From: Toensbergia leucococca
Lineage: Eukaryota
DNA: 47,681 nt
Direction: 5' to 3'
NCBI GenBank assembly: GCA_022813965.1
Contig: JALDZS010000179.1
Coordinates: forward strand, 1 to 47,681
The position numbers were made by a program, and so were the translations under genes. The first letter of the stretch is position 1. Each line of letters starts with the position of its first letter. Below, one piece after another: positions 23,734 to 37,361 of this stretch. The notes under the pieces are model-generated. The model was given only the letters and a program-made list of their open reading frames with translations. It had not been told where the DNA came from and searched no databases.

Positions 23734-25676
23734 CTAAACTTTGGAAATTGCCCTTCTCCTAATCTTGAATGGAATTTCTGTCTTTGGCGGTAAAACTCCG
23801 AGACCATTATATCTCAGATCCATCTCAAGCTGCCAGTCTTTTTCTACCAGCAACTCGACATCAAAAGCAGTAAGAATCATCGCAGAAGCCAGTATAATAA
23901 TCTGCTTCGCGAAATGTCGACCAGGACATATTCCTGGCCCGCCGCCATATGGCACCCAAGTCCCGGTTAGACCGGCTACAGAGTATTTGGCATCTTTGTG
24001 TTTAGGCCCGCTAGACTGAAGAGGCTTTTCCTTATTGTGAAGCCCGTCAGCCGCACTCGCTTCCCGCTTCTTCTGCAAAGGCCCGCTGGCTGGGTCATGT
24101 GGGGAGACGAGAAATCTCTCATGCCAGAATACACCTACTGGATGTTCATTATTGCGACCGGTGTTCCAAGATTCCTGATCCATATGCGCGATGCGACTAG
24201 ATATCAGTATCAATCTATCTTTCGGGAATATCCACTCCTTGAACTTGAAGTCTGCAAACTCTGCGCTCTGTATGATTGCCACTGCAACGCGAAGACGCAA
24301 AGTTTCCGCATACATTGACTGCAACAGTGCCGAGTCATTGAGTTTGGCGGAGTCGAGTATTGGGATACCTTCTACGGGGCGGGACGTTATACAAGCGTCA
24401 ACCTCGTTCCGGACGAACTGCTGTAGCGAGGCGTTACGAAAGGTTTCTAGAAGGAACCAGAACGTAGCGGTCGTGGAGTTCGCGTTCAATCTACAATATC
24501 ATCTGATTAGTCTCTCAGTTTAGAAACAACCAAAGCAGGCAGCACTCACGCCCAAAGCAGTCCGAGATCTGCACTGGCTGCAGTGTCAGCGTCCATTGCT
24601 TCCATTCTCGCCATAATTCTCCGCCTGGATCTCATTATCTCGTTACCGAACCTCTCGTTCTGGACCTCTCCAGTGTCAACCAACCTATTTGGATCATGAC
24701 CTTCTAAAGCCGCATGCCACTTCTTCACGCTAGCCAAACACAGATCTCGAGCCTTCCAAGACTTAGGAGCCATCCACCGTGGAAGTCCCGTTTTGAGATA
24801 AACCATTGCTTGATTGAAGCTCCTGAAGTCTTGAGTAAATCTAGGGTTCTCTTCGAGAAAGAACGACCCGCACAGTAGCTTCAACTGCACTTGAAGTACT
24901 TCGGAGTATATAAAGCTATAGAGATCAGGCATCTGAATCCAGCTTTGACCAATCTGGCATTGGTCCAAGTGGCTTTTCATGTTGACTTGGAAGTTATCTG
25001 TGAACAATTTCAACTTCGGCCCTGACAGGCAGTTCATGATTGGCTGGTGTGTCAAAAACCAGACGCGATGCTCGGGAAGAACATTACTGCCTGGCAAAGC
25101 GTTCGCACCAATCCCAGAATTATCGGCTCTGTAAAACGCAAGGGACGTCTTGGGCGTGGCAAGGATGGTATCGAGTCCAATAATGTGCCCAGCTTTGGCG
25201 GTTAGCGATTGCGAGTTCCTCCATATTAGATTGAGATTCTGGGCCCCCGCGACTAGATATAGGTCTTGGGTGAAAAGACGGAGTCGGAAAGGCACATTGC
25301 CACCGAAGCATTTTCTAGTAGGAATGTTAGTACTGCTTTGTCTTCCCTAATATTTTGCGTCTTCAATATACTTCGGCCCCTTCTGAAAAACTTACAAAGT
25401 CGAAGAGAACAACTTTTCAGAGTCCCAAAAGAATGATAACAAGTGCCCCACCAAGGGAACCCAGTGGGGAGCCATGGGCACTCGTTTGCCATCTTTCTTA
25501 CTTTTTGTCACATATGATGCTTGAATGTATGTCGCAAGATAAGTCAAGGAGATCACGCCCGCCAAGAAGCAAGAAGTGCAAATCGCTGTAAGTACCCAAC
25601 CGCGACTGATGGGAAAGCCTAGACCGGCCAGTCTGAGCACAAGATTTCGAACCGTTGATGTATCTTCTAATAGCAT
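23734..25676 (-). CDS. Cytochrome P450 of the CYP7/CYP8-like type; 3 exons, intact
   Basis: Exons 25676-25396, 25314-24550 and 24490-23734; N-terminal TM helix, I-helix LLWALNANST, ETLR, FWHERF, heme motif PYGGGPGICPGRHFA. Confidence 0.93.
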
Positions 25677-26778
25677 CTTGAATATTCTCTAGGGCTTGTC
25701 CTGTTGCGAAAGATTGATGATTCCACGAAGAATCTGATCGAAGCTGAGTAAGGTAGCTTTCAAACCTGGAGAATGTGTCCCTAAGGGCTGAGCTGCAGTC
25801 ACAGGCCTGAAGCCGTCAATGTATCCATTTGACATACACTTACAACGTTTTACAGGGACGGTCCGCGGATACATAGAGTAAGGGAGATCAGCAGCGGCTG
25901 CTGGCACATTAAGTTCGAACTGAGATATAGCCTTCCATGCTGACTTGACTCAGTCTGATGCAGCAGACCGGCCTGCTCTCCATCTCTATAGACCTTGAAA
26001 GGCTGTGATAGCCACGCGAGAATTACATCCTATAATGCATGATAGTATCGATGTGCCGGCTGGCGGTGTAGGCCGCTGCATCGCATCGTCCAGTACTGTC
26101 TCAAAGATGTCACGGATTCTGCTATCTCTGTGGCGCCCGCATGTGCTGTTGGTGAGCCTACATCATTTCCATCTCCTACACAATGGTTCGCTCCAAAAAT
26201 ACATTTAGTACCGTCTTGAATGGAGAAATATATTTTTGGATGTGAGGGATTATTTCCTCCTCCAAAATTCCAGGCACACATAGCTGCTTCATACTTCGCC
26301 TTCCATGCTCCTTAATTCTAAGGTAATCAAGCTTGCTCTGACACTAATGTAGCGTATTAGCAAATAATGTCTATATTGAGGCTGCTCCCAAGAGCTTGGC
26401 CGTGTTACTACCGCCTTACCACTAGGGTATACACCAACGAGTCCTGGGAGCAGTTCTCAGCCCTGCTACTACAGCATTGGCTCGAAGATCTTATTGGTAC
26501 CCAACCACATACAAAGGCTGCAGAGCTTACTGCTCCAATTTCCTGAAGTGGATCTTTCCAAACCCTCCTGACAGGTTTCTGAGACTAGCCCGTTGCTTTC
26601 TTTCTCGCCAAATGGAGGGAGGGACATCGGCGATGAGTACAATGACATCGAACACATGTCAAGGAGTTGACGCGTCGTTCCGCGCGAAGCAGGTCTAAAC
26701 TGTAGAAATGTCTTACTATATGTTGTCAACACTTTCAAGCTTAACATACGGCTTTCATTGTACCTGTTCGTCCTCACC

Positions 26779-28799
26779 ATGTTCATTTTGAGTTTCCTAT
26801 CCTCGACACTGCCAGCAACCTGGCAATGTCTCACTCTTCCTAGAGCAATGCTCCAGTGTCTTCCTCTCTTTCTGTGCTTGTTGCTTGTCACAAGAACTGT
26901 AGCCGGCTTTCTACGCTTGCAAAATGTACCAGGTCCTTGGTGGGCTGCTTTTGGACGTCTATGGCTCGCAAGAGTGGTTGCTTCAGGAGACTCAGCAAAC
27001 CTTTATGTCCAAGTGAATAATACCTACGGTGCGTACTCATGACTCCGTCAATCCATCATTCAAGTGCAAAGGGAAAATCGGACAATTCAATACAACTTGT
27101 AGTACAATTTGGTTCGAACCTGTCTACACACTAATCCACAGACCACGGTAGGCCCACTTGCTCGGATCGGACCGAACCATCTCCTCACCGATGACCCAGA
27201 GACAACTTTCAAGATTCTTGCGGCCCGCTCACCTTATGAGCGAGGCCGCTGGTACGATTCCTTGAGACTAGACCCACATCGGCCTAATTTGGTTGCAGAA
27301 CGGCGTCCGAGCAAACACAGCGCTTTACGCCATCAAATGGCTCCTGGTGTTAGGAGTCCTTGTTTTGCTATTTCATGGGGAGGTGTGCTGACAGTTCAAT
27401 AGTATAGTGGTAACGATATCAACAATTTCGAGACTATCTTTGACGAACGCTTCTCAGAATGGACCGACTACATTGACCGGCATTGGATTTCATTTCCTGG
27501 ACTGACACAACCCTTTGACATAGCAAGAAGTATTCAATTTTTGACGACTGATATCATCTCACATCTTTGTTTCAGTCGCCCGATCGGTTATGTTGAGAAG
27601 CATGAGGATATCCATGGGTTGCTACAAACCCTGGAAGATAGACTCCCTATTGCAGAACAGTTTTCGGTTGTCCCTGAATTATTCACTCTTCTTTCCGTAT
27701 TAACATACTTCCCTTGGGTCAAGAAAATGCTTATTCCCAAGAGTATGGATAGACTTGGTGTGGGCAGACTTCTTGGGGTGGGTCTCCATTTGATCTTCTT
27801 CGTCTCTTAGGATAGAACCACTGATCTCATGAATACTAAAGTGGTCTTAGATATCTCGCAACGCTGTAAATGAGCGCATTGAACGGAGTCCCGATCTTAG
27901 TAGAAGCGACATGCTAAGTTCATTCCTACGTCATGGAATGGACGAAAGGCAAGCCGAATCTGAAATAACTGTCTCACTGTAAGTTGATGCCGTTGAAAAT
28001 ACGAATACCCTCTCGTTCTGAGTAGAGTACCAAGGTTGACAGTTTCGCAGCTTCGCTGGCACAGACACCACGGCCACAGGCATGCGGGCCACGCTCCTAT
28101 ACGTTCTCACAAACCCTACTGTTTATCTCAAGCTTCGCAAAGAGATCCTATCTGCTACTTCTGATCCTGCTCGCTCCGGACCGATCCAGCTCCTGGAAGC
28201 TCTTAAGATGCCGTATCTCCAAGCTTGCATCAAAGAAGGTCTTCGCATCTTTCCTCCCGTCACTGCACTCCGCGAGCGCGTTGTTCCATCTCGGGGCGAC
28301 GAGATTTGTGGGATATATGTTCCACAGGGCGTGAACATAGGATTGAATACGAAAGGTCTGCTGCGGAATAAGAACATATTTGGAAGGGACTCGGACGTAT
28401 TCCTGCCAGAAAGATGGCTCGATCAAGATATAGAGCGCCTGGCTTCCATGGACCGGGTGTATGGATTAGTCTTTGGGGCTGGATCAACTCGGTGCTTGGG
28501 CGTCCGAATTGCCACAATGAGCCTTAACAAGTTCTTCGTAGAGGTCAGGCAAAGTCCAATCTTCTTTTTCTCCGTATCCGGTCGATAGAATGAATGAGCT
28601 TATAGTGGATGCTTACTTCTGTTTGGCCTGAATCTAGCTGTTGCGGAGATACGATCTTTCGCTCGTCAATCCTGAAAGGCCTTGGCGGAGTCGTTGTCAC
28701 GGAATCTTCTTCCAACATGACTTTCTCGTCAGGATCTCCCGTCGCGACGACAGAACTGAATTTGAGAGCAAGTCAGATAATGTTGAGCACCACACTTGA
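26779..28799 (+). CDS. Cytochrome P450, pisatin-demethylase-like type; 6 exons, intact
   Basis: VPGPWWAAF, GPLARIGPNHLLTDDP, FAGTDTTAT, KEGLR, FLPERW, FGAGSTRCLG; five GT-AG introns join in frame; last exon 28638-28799. Start 26779 or 26848. Confidence 0.93.
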
Positions 28800-29157
28800 C
28801 GACTTCACTTTCAGCCGCTCCCGTTGCATGTACAACATGAACTTCTCCCTTAAGTGTTTCAAATAGGTGCGGCACCTTCAATTGTCAACGCCAGAAGACA
28901 TTTCTCATGCCTTGCCTGATCTTTGTCTACAGTCTACTTGGTACAAGCTTACTAAAGTGAACTTCAATTTATGTCCGGAAAATATGCTTTGCAACCCTTT
29001 CTCTGGGCACAGTCACCATACAGTTTTAAAATAACTTCTAGATTACCACCCAGGAAAGCCTGTACCTACCAGAACCTCGAAAGCTAGCATCCACATCTTA
29101 TACCATACTATTGAAATACTCTAGAATCAAGCTTACTTGTGACCTAATCGGCCTAGC

Positions 29158-30492
29158 CTATGCCTTCAGAATTCGGCCAATAATACTGAATGGTAAGATC
29201 TTGTCTCTTTCATCACCCTCACTCAAGCGCAATCTGGGGTAAAACCATGCTGGCGTCGACCACCAAAAAAAAATTAGTACCCACATATAACCAAAGAGTC
29301 TAGTCCCTGCGGTGGGTGGAACGCCTCTCTTGACCCCCCGGATGTAGCGATACAATCCTTGCACGGCGTCCTCGATAGAGATACCCAGGAATTGCGTCAT
29401 GAAGAAGTGGAGCTGACCAGACTGTTGCCACGTAAGACCCTGACCAACCTCCGTCCACAGATGCAGCAGGCCCGACAATAGGAACGCCATGAACAGGAAA
29501 GCATACCGTCCTATCAACGACCCCTTCTTGAGCTCAAATATCTCGTAGACGATAAAATGTGCGGGTGATGACAGCTGTTTGCGGAGGTGCTGGTGCCAAA
29601 CAACGCTTTCCAGATAAGTGCATTAGCCAACATAAGTAGTACCACAATACTGGAGCATGCTAACGTACCCCCAAAATTGTCTTATACTGTAGGCTTCGCT
29701 TATGGGACCAAAATTGGGCCTGTAAACTCGAACATCTTCTAACCCCAAGGCCACGAAAATGAGGTTGAAGACACTGCTGAAAGTATCTATGGCCAAGTAT
29801 GTACAGAACCAGTAGCCAACGACCGTCACGAACCGGGTGACGACTTCCTCGCTCGACAGGTTGGCACGATCACTAGCCAGAATCGGGACCGCTTGGGCCG
29901 AGTAGAGGACTGCATTTTGCTCTAGAGAGTGGCTACCTTGGCTTGCGAGATAGATAACGAAGATAGCTAAAATGATTATGGTGGCCTTGCGACAACAGAA
30001 AGCCAACCGGGAGGGTATGTAGCCGGGATCCTTTGTTGAAAAGGCCGGCGTGTTCTTGACCATATAAGGTGTCCCAATATTTCGAGTCGACGTCATAACA
30101 TCATAGCCAAATTTCATCCTTTGGCACAAAGAACCTCGCCGGAGGACAGTCAACTTCGGTCCTTGTCCGCTTATCGTATCTGACTTCAGCCCAGAGTCCC
30201 CATCTTTGGGCACACTTTTGGGTGCTTTGCTCTCAAAATCCCAGGCGCTGAGCAGCGCAACCTCAACGTACTGGAATAGGCTGACAATTATATTACCGCC
30301 GACCAAACCAGCCCAGGGGATACGATACAGAACTCTAGAGCAAGAAGGAACAGCTTCCCAGGCGCCCACAAAAAAGAGAGGAAGGAATGCCAGGCGGATG
30401 GGCGAGGAAGGAGAAGAGTAGCCCATGACAAGCATCATGGTGAGATTTTGGAGCAGATAGAAGCTGACAGGATGCATCAGGACGTTCTCCAT
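29158..30492 (-). CDS. Membrane-bound O-acyltransferase (MBOAT/wax-synthase type, Tri7-like)
   Basis: PNFGPISEAYSIRQFWG/VVWHQHLRK and FLLSGLLH (catalytic His), FFMTQFLGISIED; one intron ~29667-29606. Confidence 0.9.
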
Positions 30493-31357
30493 TGCCCTGG
30501 TCTCGGAGTGAAAAGCGAAAAGAACAGATTCTGTAGACTCAGACTTGACTCTCCCCGGGCAGGAGGAGTGTAGAGCCCACGAAGTTCTGACAGGGTTGCC
30601 CAGGATACAGGCTATCGATGCATGCAAAAGAGAAAATCCGCGCCGTCGACTGTTTTCAGCTTCCAGTTTGGAAGGGGTTCACGAATTTGCCATCTGCCAC
30701 ACATGCACATCGGGAGGCGACACTTAGAATAGATGCCACGTCGACTGGAAGGTGAAATGGCAACGAAAGCGGACTATCAGATGCCTTGCAAGAGAAGGGT
30801 GAAGAGATTAAAATGACATATGTACAGTAATACGTTGCGGCTGTTCATCAATACGGTACCAAAACATGATAGAAATCGACTTAATTACATGCAAACATTC
30901 CCCACTTCTGTGTAACAATGACTGCATACAATCTCTTGCCTTGAGACCAACCTTCCACGCATCCACCTGAGCGGTGAAGGTTACTTCCTGCAAGCGTTGC
31001 TAGTCGGCTTCGTGAGATATCAGACATGCAGATGCTTGCTTCCCATTTCTTATACGCGCACTCCACAGCCTTTCCCGCCTGCTCTTAATCCTTGAAAAAG
31101 ATTCTCAATCTTGTTTTGTTTGTGCCGCCCCATGACATTAGCTTGAGCGACTTCTCGTCCACTTGCAGGTAGGAGGCGGTGGTGACACCCAACATTTTCA
31201 GGGAAAGAGGCTTCGAGGATAGACCCATGATCAACGTCTTGGGTGCTTACTCCTCGGCCAGTTTCTGAGCCTACATACTCCATGGCACCTGCTTCATAGA
31301 TATTGCTTCAGCTCTCTCTTATCAATTTCTAGCCCCAATTTCCATTTCCTAGTCAGC

Positions 31358-32789
31358 ATGTCTACGATTCCTCGAGGAACAACCTCAACTGGGTTTGTAC
31401 CATTGGCAGTGCCCAAATCCGTTTTTCTGGTAAGTAAAGAGCAGAGTCCCAAATCGCTACCAATAGAGCGTCGTTCTACAAGAACTTACATGCTCTACCA
31501 AGGGTTTGGTATGGGGCAGCCTTGGATTTTCGTTGGTGTTCCTTCTCTTCCGGATCTATGTGCGGCAAAAGGTCTTTCAACGACTCTTCTGGGACGACTT
31601 CACCATCTGCGTGTCATGGATAATACTCCTCATCAGCGCGGCGATATGGCAGAGTATGATAGATGATTTGTACATCATATACGCTATCTCCACAGGCGCC
31701 ATCTCCCCTCCTAATGATCTCGTCGCCGTCTTAAAGCAATATGTCCAGCAGACCTTCGCTGTGACTTTCTTGAATCTCTGCAGCTTGTGGCTTGTCAAGA
31801 CGTCTTTCCTTATATTCTTTCATAAACTAGGGCACAATGTCCGCGGCCACAAACTCATTTGGTGGACCGCTGTAGTGGCTTGCATTATCGGTTTCTTGAT
31901 TTCCGTGGGTGTACAGAATTATCGCTGTATCAGTGGTACATTGGCCGAGATGTCTGGTGGGTACTCAACTTTTCAGAGATGGAATAGCTCTACGCTGACA
32001 AGTGACAACGACGTAAAGGCAAGTGCGGTAGCCCGTCATACGGGGCTTTCGTACGCCGGTCTCTTCGGCTACAAGCCGCTTGCGATGTGATTAGTGATGC
32101 TTTTAGTCAGTCTTCGCTGTCCTGAGAGTAGAATACACCAAAACGTTCCACTGACATCTTACTGCAGTCCTGGCTGTTCCCATAAAGATTCTCTGGAATG
32201 TCCAAATCAGCTTTCGAAGCAAGTTAGCGTTGATTTTACTCTTTTCGTTGTCAATGTTTACAATGGTTGTCGCTGTCATCAAAGTTACCTTGACTATTCG
32301 CACGAAGAGAGAAGATGACTCTTGGCTGTATATGTGGGCAGCGGTAGAGTCAGCGGTGGTTAAGCTAAGCTCAGGCTCCTTGTCGCAGCAAAGATCACTG
32401 TCACTCTTTCAAGAGCCCCAATTACCGCAACTGACTGAATCTTATCAGCTATCATTATTGCCTCTGCCATATCATATCGTGCGCTTGCGAACCAGGACAA
32501 GAAGAAAAGCAAGGACTCTGAGTAAAGTAGTGCAAGGGCATTTCGGTATGACGCCAACTCGTGCCACAGCCATGGGAACAGTAGTGAAGTACGCGGTGGC
32601 AAGTCATCATCGGACTCATCCCTTGAAGGCGAAGAGGTTGTGACCTTGGACACAATTCGCGTGAAGCGTGAGTATGATGTAGTTCCAGCATCAATTTTTG
32701 GGACAGGAACACATGAGCAATCGATGCTATACTCGAAAGGCGAACCGAATACGAAAACGGCCAGGACGAATTGGCTAGAACAGGCTTGA
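31358..32789 (+). pseudogene. PTH11-like (fungal rhodopsin-domain) membrane receptor with two apparent lesions
   Basis: RIYVRQKVFQRLFWDD, LWLVKTSFLIFFHKL, CDVISDAFILAVPIKILWNVQI, WAAVESAV/AIIIAS. The last intron needs a donor at 32360, which reads TTAAGC. In-frame TAA at 32523-32525 precedes a further 87 sense codons to TGA 32787-32789. Confidence 0.7.
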
Positions 32790-33512
32790 AACCAGATCGC
32801 TTTGCCTTGTTGCGATGTCCTCGACATCCGACCACTTTTTCAAATGACTGAGCTCGATTCGCTGACTTTGCTGCGTCGACTACGCCCTTTCTCTCTGATA
32901 ATCTCTGTCAAGCTTTGTGGTGGTGTTGTCGGTGAGATGTTACATGCGCATGTCCGTCTTAGCTTCCTGGCTCAGCCACGTCATTCTATTCTGCCCTTGG
33001 GTTTTAACCAGTTGATCCTCCATTTTTATCGTGTGTGTTCATACTCGTTGTAGCATGGTATGAGTCCTTTAATGAGATCAATGAATTAAACCTGATGTTG
33101 TGTTCAGACTTACGGGCACCTACCTAAGGGGGCTAAATCAGAGGCAGGAGGGCAGCTAACCTGATTCAGACAGAATCAAAGCTGAAACCAACACCACAAT
33201 TGTTAGTGCATGGAAGACCAAGATTCTGACCTTGTTGTTCACAAAATGAACAACACGGTCATCTGTCTTCTAGCGTTGGAGCACAGAGGCCGTATTATCC
33301 ACTTCAGATTACAACACTCCTTTCATCTAACATTTCTCCACATCGATGCTGAAAGGTGTCTACCATGTGTCCAATTCCCATTGCCCGTGTACCATAAAGT
33401 GCTATTGTACACCTCTTCTACATCCAAAACCCCCTACAATTCCACCTTCCCACCCTCTAATAACCTCACGCCCAGAATCAAGCCGGGACCCCCCCTTCTC
33501 CACCAACCAAAC

Positions 33513-34238
33513 ATGCACACTCCACCCCTATCAACATCCCTCTCCCTCTCCCTCCTCCTCCTCCTCCTCTCCCCCGCCCTCACCCACCCAATCCTCACAC
33601 ACTGCATCTGCATCTCGCCCCCCTCCCCAACAACAATGCGCTCCCTCTTCCCCCCCTCCCCCCACCCCCAACGCGTCTCCATCATCCGTACCCCCACCCA
33701 CGCAAAATCCCCCCTCTCCCAACAGCACAAGCCCCAATCAAAAGACCAAAACAGCCCAACACAGCAGAAACAGCATCTCGCACCTTGCCGCGGACGGCGG
33801 AAGCAGCAGAAAACACGGCTGGTTTCCTCGGGCCATTTGCTCGAGTTCGGAACCGTCTCAGATGGTTCTGCTGCCTCGGGTCCTAGGGAGCGCATCGACG
33901 ACGACGACCGCGTGCGACGGACACCGTATGACAACGCCATAGCAACCCAACCGCACTACTCCATCATCATCACAGATCCCGACCTGAGCACTCACAAAGC
34001 AGCAGCAGCCACGCCCCGAGGTCAAGAAACGAGCCATCATCCGTGCCATGTATCCGTACCATCAATGACGATAATACCGATATTAGGTGGCTTTGGCCTC
34101 GTGTTTGCGGCGGCTTGTATGCTGTATCTGGGATGCTTTGTGGGAGCTTGTGCGAAGATGGGGTTCGGGTTAGTGCTTCTTTTCTCTTTTTCTTTTTTTC
34201 TTCTCTCTCTCTTGTTGGGTAAGATTGAGGGGGGCTGA
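33513..34238 (+). CDS. Hypothetical secreted or single-pass membrane protein
   Basis: Signal-peptide-like [26 protein letters not shown] followed by HCIC; hydrophobic C-terminal segment; low complexity; 3' end may be spliced. Confidence 0.45.
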   Translation: MHTPPLSTSLSLSLLLLLLSPALTHPILTHCICISPPSPTTMRSLFPPSPHPQRVSIIRTPTHAKSPLSQQHKPQSKDQNSPTQQKQHLAPCRGRRKQQKTRLVSSGHLLEFGTVSDGSAASGPRERIDDDDRVRRTPYDNAIATQPHYSIIITDPDLSTHKAAAATPRGQETSHHPCHVSVPSMTIIPILGGFGLVFAAACMLYLGCFVGACAKMGFGLVLLFSFSFFLLSLLLGKIEGG

Positions 34239-34772
34239 TGGGTTCTGGGTGTAGACGGTGGTGGTGGGAGAGGAGAGGGAGTGTTGAGGGACGGATTCGG
34301 GTGGGTGAGGGAGGCGGGGAGAAAGAGGAGGAGGAAGGGGTGGACAGTTCTGTTGAGTCGTGATGAGGCTTTACCGGGTATTGGCTTGGAGTTTTTTGGA
34401 GTGAACATGGACCCTTTTTCATCATTTCAAGCACCGCAGCTCAAAAAGACATTTTCGCAGGAAAGATTTTGATTGAAAAAATGCGATGGGGAGGATGCCA
34501 GGGCTCGGATAGCCTCATGTTTTCAAGGGTGGCGTTCAAGTAAATTCAACGTGGAATAGCATAAGTAGATCGATATTCGTATGTGAAATTCCGAATTTAC
34601 AATTTGACAGAAGCTTTGTGAAATGGTATAGATACAAGATTTACAATCTTGGCAACTATAAACATCAAGACTCACCGAGTACTATGATACTATGCGCCCA
34701 CTGAACGCCCGCTCGGGAACACAAGGCACGCTTGCAGACATCCATCTAGTCAAAACCCTAGTCTGCCATATA

Positions 34773-37361
34773 CTAGAACCTCTCCATGAAGTTTCTCCTC
34801 ACGGTCCACATTCTGGCTCGTTTCCCATACACATACATCGCTGGCGTCGTCAACATACAAGCCAGTTGGATACCCCCAATGGTGTTGAAAACATCTTTCG
34901 CGCCATCGGCCTCAAGCCAGCTGGTGAAGAAGAGTGAGAACACCAGGCCGTGGAAGATATCTGAGACATCAGGTTGTCAGTGCACTTTCACCATCATGAA
35001 ACAACAGAGGTTGCTATAGAGATTCGGGAATGACTCACTCTTGGAGAAATTCAAAGTAACAAGCGCTTCTCCAGCATATTGCCGATAGCTGTCCACTGCG
35101 AAGGTAATTGCCGTTGTACTACCTAGCGCACATCCAAAGCTGATGATCCCGAAGAAGACAGTCGGGACAATCCAATTGTCCCTCTCTTGTGCGCTCCACC
35201 CAAAACCCATTAAGCCAACGCAGGTCGCGATGGCCACTGGAAAGGCCATCACAAGTCTGAACTCGGGTTCGTAAACACCTCCATTTCGTCGGCTCATGAA
35301 GCGGACAATAATATCGCTGACTTTCCCAGCAACAGCTGTTCCAAGAATGCCACCAATGAATGGAGAGATGTAGACAAGACCAGTGCCAAGAGCAGAGAAA
35401 TTGTATGTTTGCTTGTTGCGATAGATGTAAGCCACGGACTCGGATAGCACAATCAACCAGCCTATACTGAGAGAGTAGACAAGGGTACTCCATAGGATGG
35501 AAGGGTATGCAAAGAGTATGAAGGGCCGAAAGGCTACACGGAACCAATTGTCGTTGCGGAGCCTGCCGTTCCAAGGCTTCAATGTTTGGGCAAAGGTTTT
35601 GGCCGGTTGTGTACGCAGATAGTTTGTGTAACGATGGGCGCCAGGGGTCATTGGGACATCGCTGAGACCTGTAAAGGGGTCAGACATGGCCGAGTCAGGC
35701 TGTGTCATGGCTGATTTAGGCTCTTCAGGCTCATTCTTAATATTATAGGTGTCTTCTTGTTCTTTGCCGAGGTAGTGCGGCGAATTGAAGTTGTGTAGAG
35801 TAGGGGCATCTTCTTGAGTTTGGACTTTATCGCTTGCTGGAGAAATGACATTGATCGCTGGAGTTTGCTCGCGATTTATTTTTGGGCTTTGCATGGCTGA
35901 AGGGTTTCCAAACGCATCGACTGCATTGTGGAATACAGCATCACCTTTCTCGCCTGATTCGACCTGGCCGTCTACTGACACTGGATTATCGATAAACCCA
36001 ACGTGTTGAGAGTTCTTCTCATGTCGTCTCTCTGCAATCGTCCGAGGCCCGGACTCTGCAGCCGCGGAGTTACCGATTGCAAACTTCCTAATGTCAGAAG
36101 GTCCTGCACCGCCCAAGGAGATGTTACTCTTCTTGCCATTGTGAGGGTGGTTGAAGATAGTGGATATGGATGTGAAAGTCGTCTTTCCTTTTTTCATACT
36201 AGGACGTGGAGTTCGATCCCAGAAAGTCTCGGGCACGAAGAAAAATACGAGTCCAAAGCAAAAGCCAACTACCATTGTAACAATCCTGATAGCCGTCAGA
36301 TACTCATTTCTAAAGTCTCAAGATCGCATTTTGCTTACCAGAACACCCATCGCCAATCTAAACTTTGAATAATGGCAGCGCTGACCAGTGGAACCAGATT
36401 CTTGCCACCTAGTAGAAGCAATGTGTAAACGCCAAGTCGGTATGCTCTCTCATGCAGGAAAAATATTTCCGCAACAGTGGCGGATGGTAAACATTCAACC
36501 GGACTCACTGCAAAGCCCATGAAGACTCGAGCAACAACTAGTGAAGCGTAATTTGGTGAGAGGGCACACCAGACGGAGCTAATCATGAAGAGGACGATAC
36601 CTACAAGGTAGACAGGCCGCTTCCCGAAGAGAATTGCTGTCGGTGAAGCAATGACAGAGCCCAACCCGAGGCCCATCATGTAAAACCCGGTGGTGAGGGC
36701 AACCCTTGGTAGAGAAGTATGATACGTGGCCGCAACATTGGTGAAACCAGCAGCCAAGACAGGCGTCATACCTCCTCCAACCATGCAGTATAATCCAAGT
36801 GACATTAGAGCAACGTCCCGTCGCCATGACGGCCAATTGAGAGGATCGTTCAGGGAATCATCTGGCTGGGGTTCGAGGATGATGTTTCCGTTCGAGGTCC
36901 TTTTCTTTTCCTCGGCCGCAAGCCTCGACTCTTGCAAGGAGCTTGGAGGGTATGGAGAAGGAAGTGAGGAAGCGGAGGTTCTAGCAGGCGCATTCCGCAG
37001 ACCAAGAGGCTCATTGCGATTGGATGAGGACATGAGCAGGATAGACCCTAAACAGTTGTAAGCTCAATGGACCTAACAATGTGCGCATGGTTGACAAGTC
37101 AAAGATGTGACTGTACATACCAGGTACTTCATCCGTCTCCTTATCATTTAACACCCCCAAGCTCCATTTCTCTGGCTTCATCTTGACTTCTTCGTACTCG
37201 TTCGAGGAAGTAGCAGAACCTAATGGACCCGGTAATGTATTTGGGCTGCCAAACAACCTTCTCCAGCCCCGCAGCTGTACCATCTTGTCCGTCGTCACGT
37301 TCACTGGAGTTCCTTGACTTTCACCAGGCGGTAAAGCCGTAGGATCAACAGTCGTAACCAT
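34773..37361 (-). CDS. MFS transporter (Hol1-like DHA1 type) with long central loop; 4 exons
   Basis: PQPDDSLNDPLNWPSWRR, FGKRPVYL, FFLHERAYRLGVY, WRWVFW, VPETFWDR, YEPEFRL; last exon ends YGKRARMWTVRRNFMERF*. Confidence 0.93.

Noticed and set aside
30808..31283. Short minus-strand ORFs between MBOAT and PTH11-like genes
   Set aside because: No motifs or consistent splice structure; probably promoter DNA.
33210..34472. Many long overlapping ORFs on both strands
   Set aside because: C-rich and G-rich low-complexity DNA lacks stops; only the signal-peptide ORF from 33513 is plausible.
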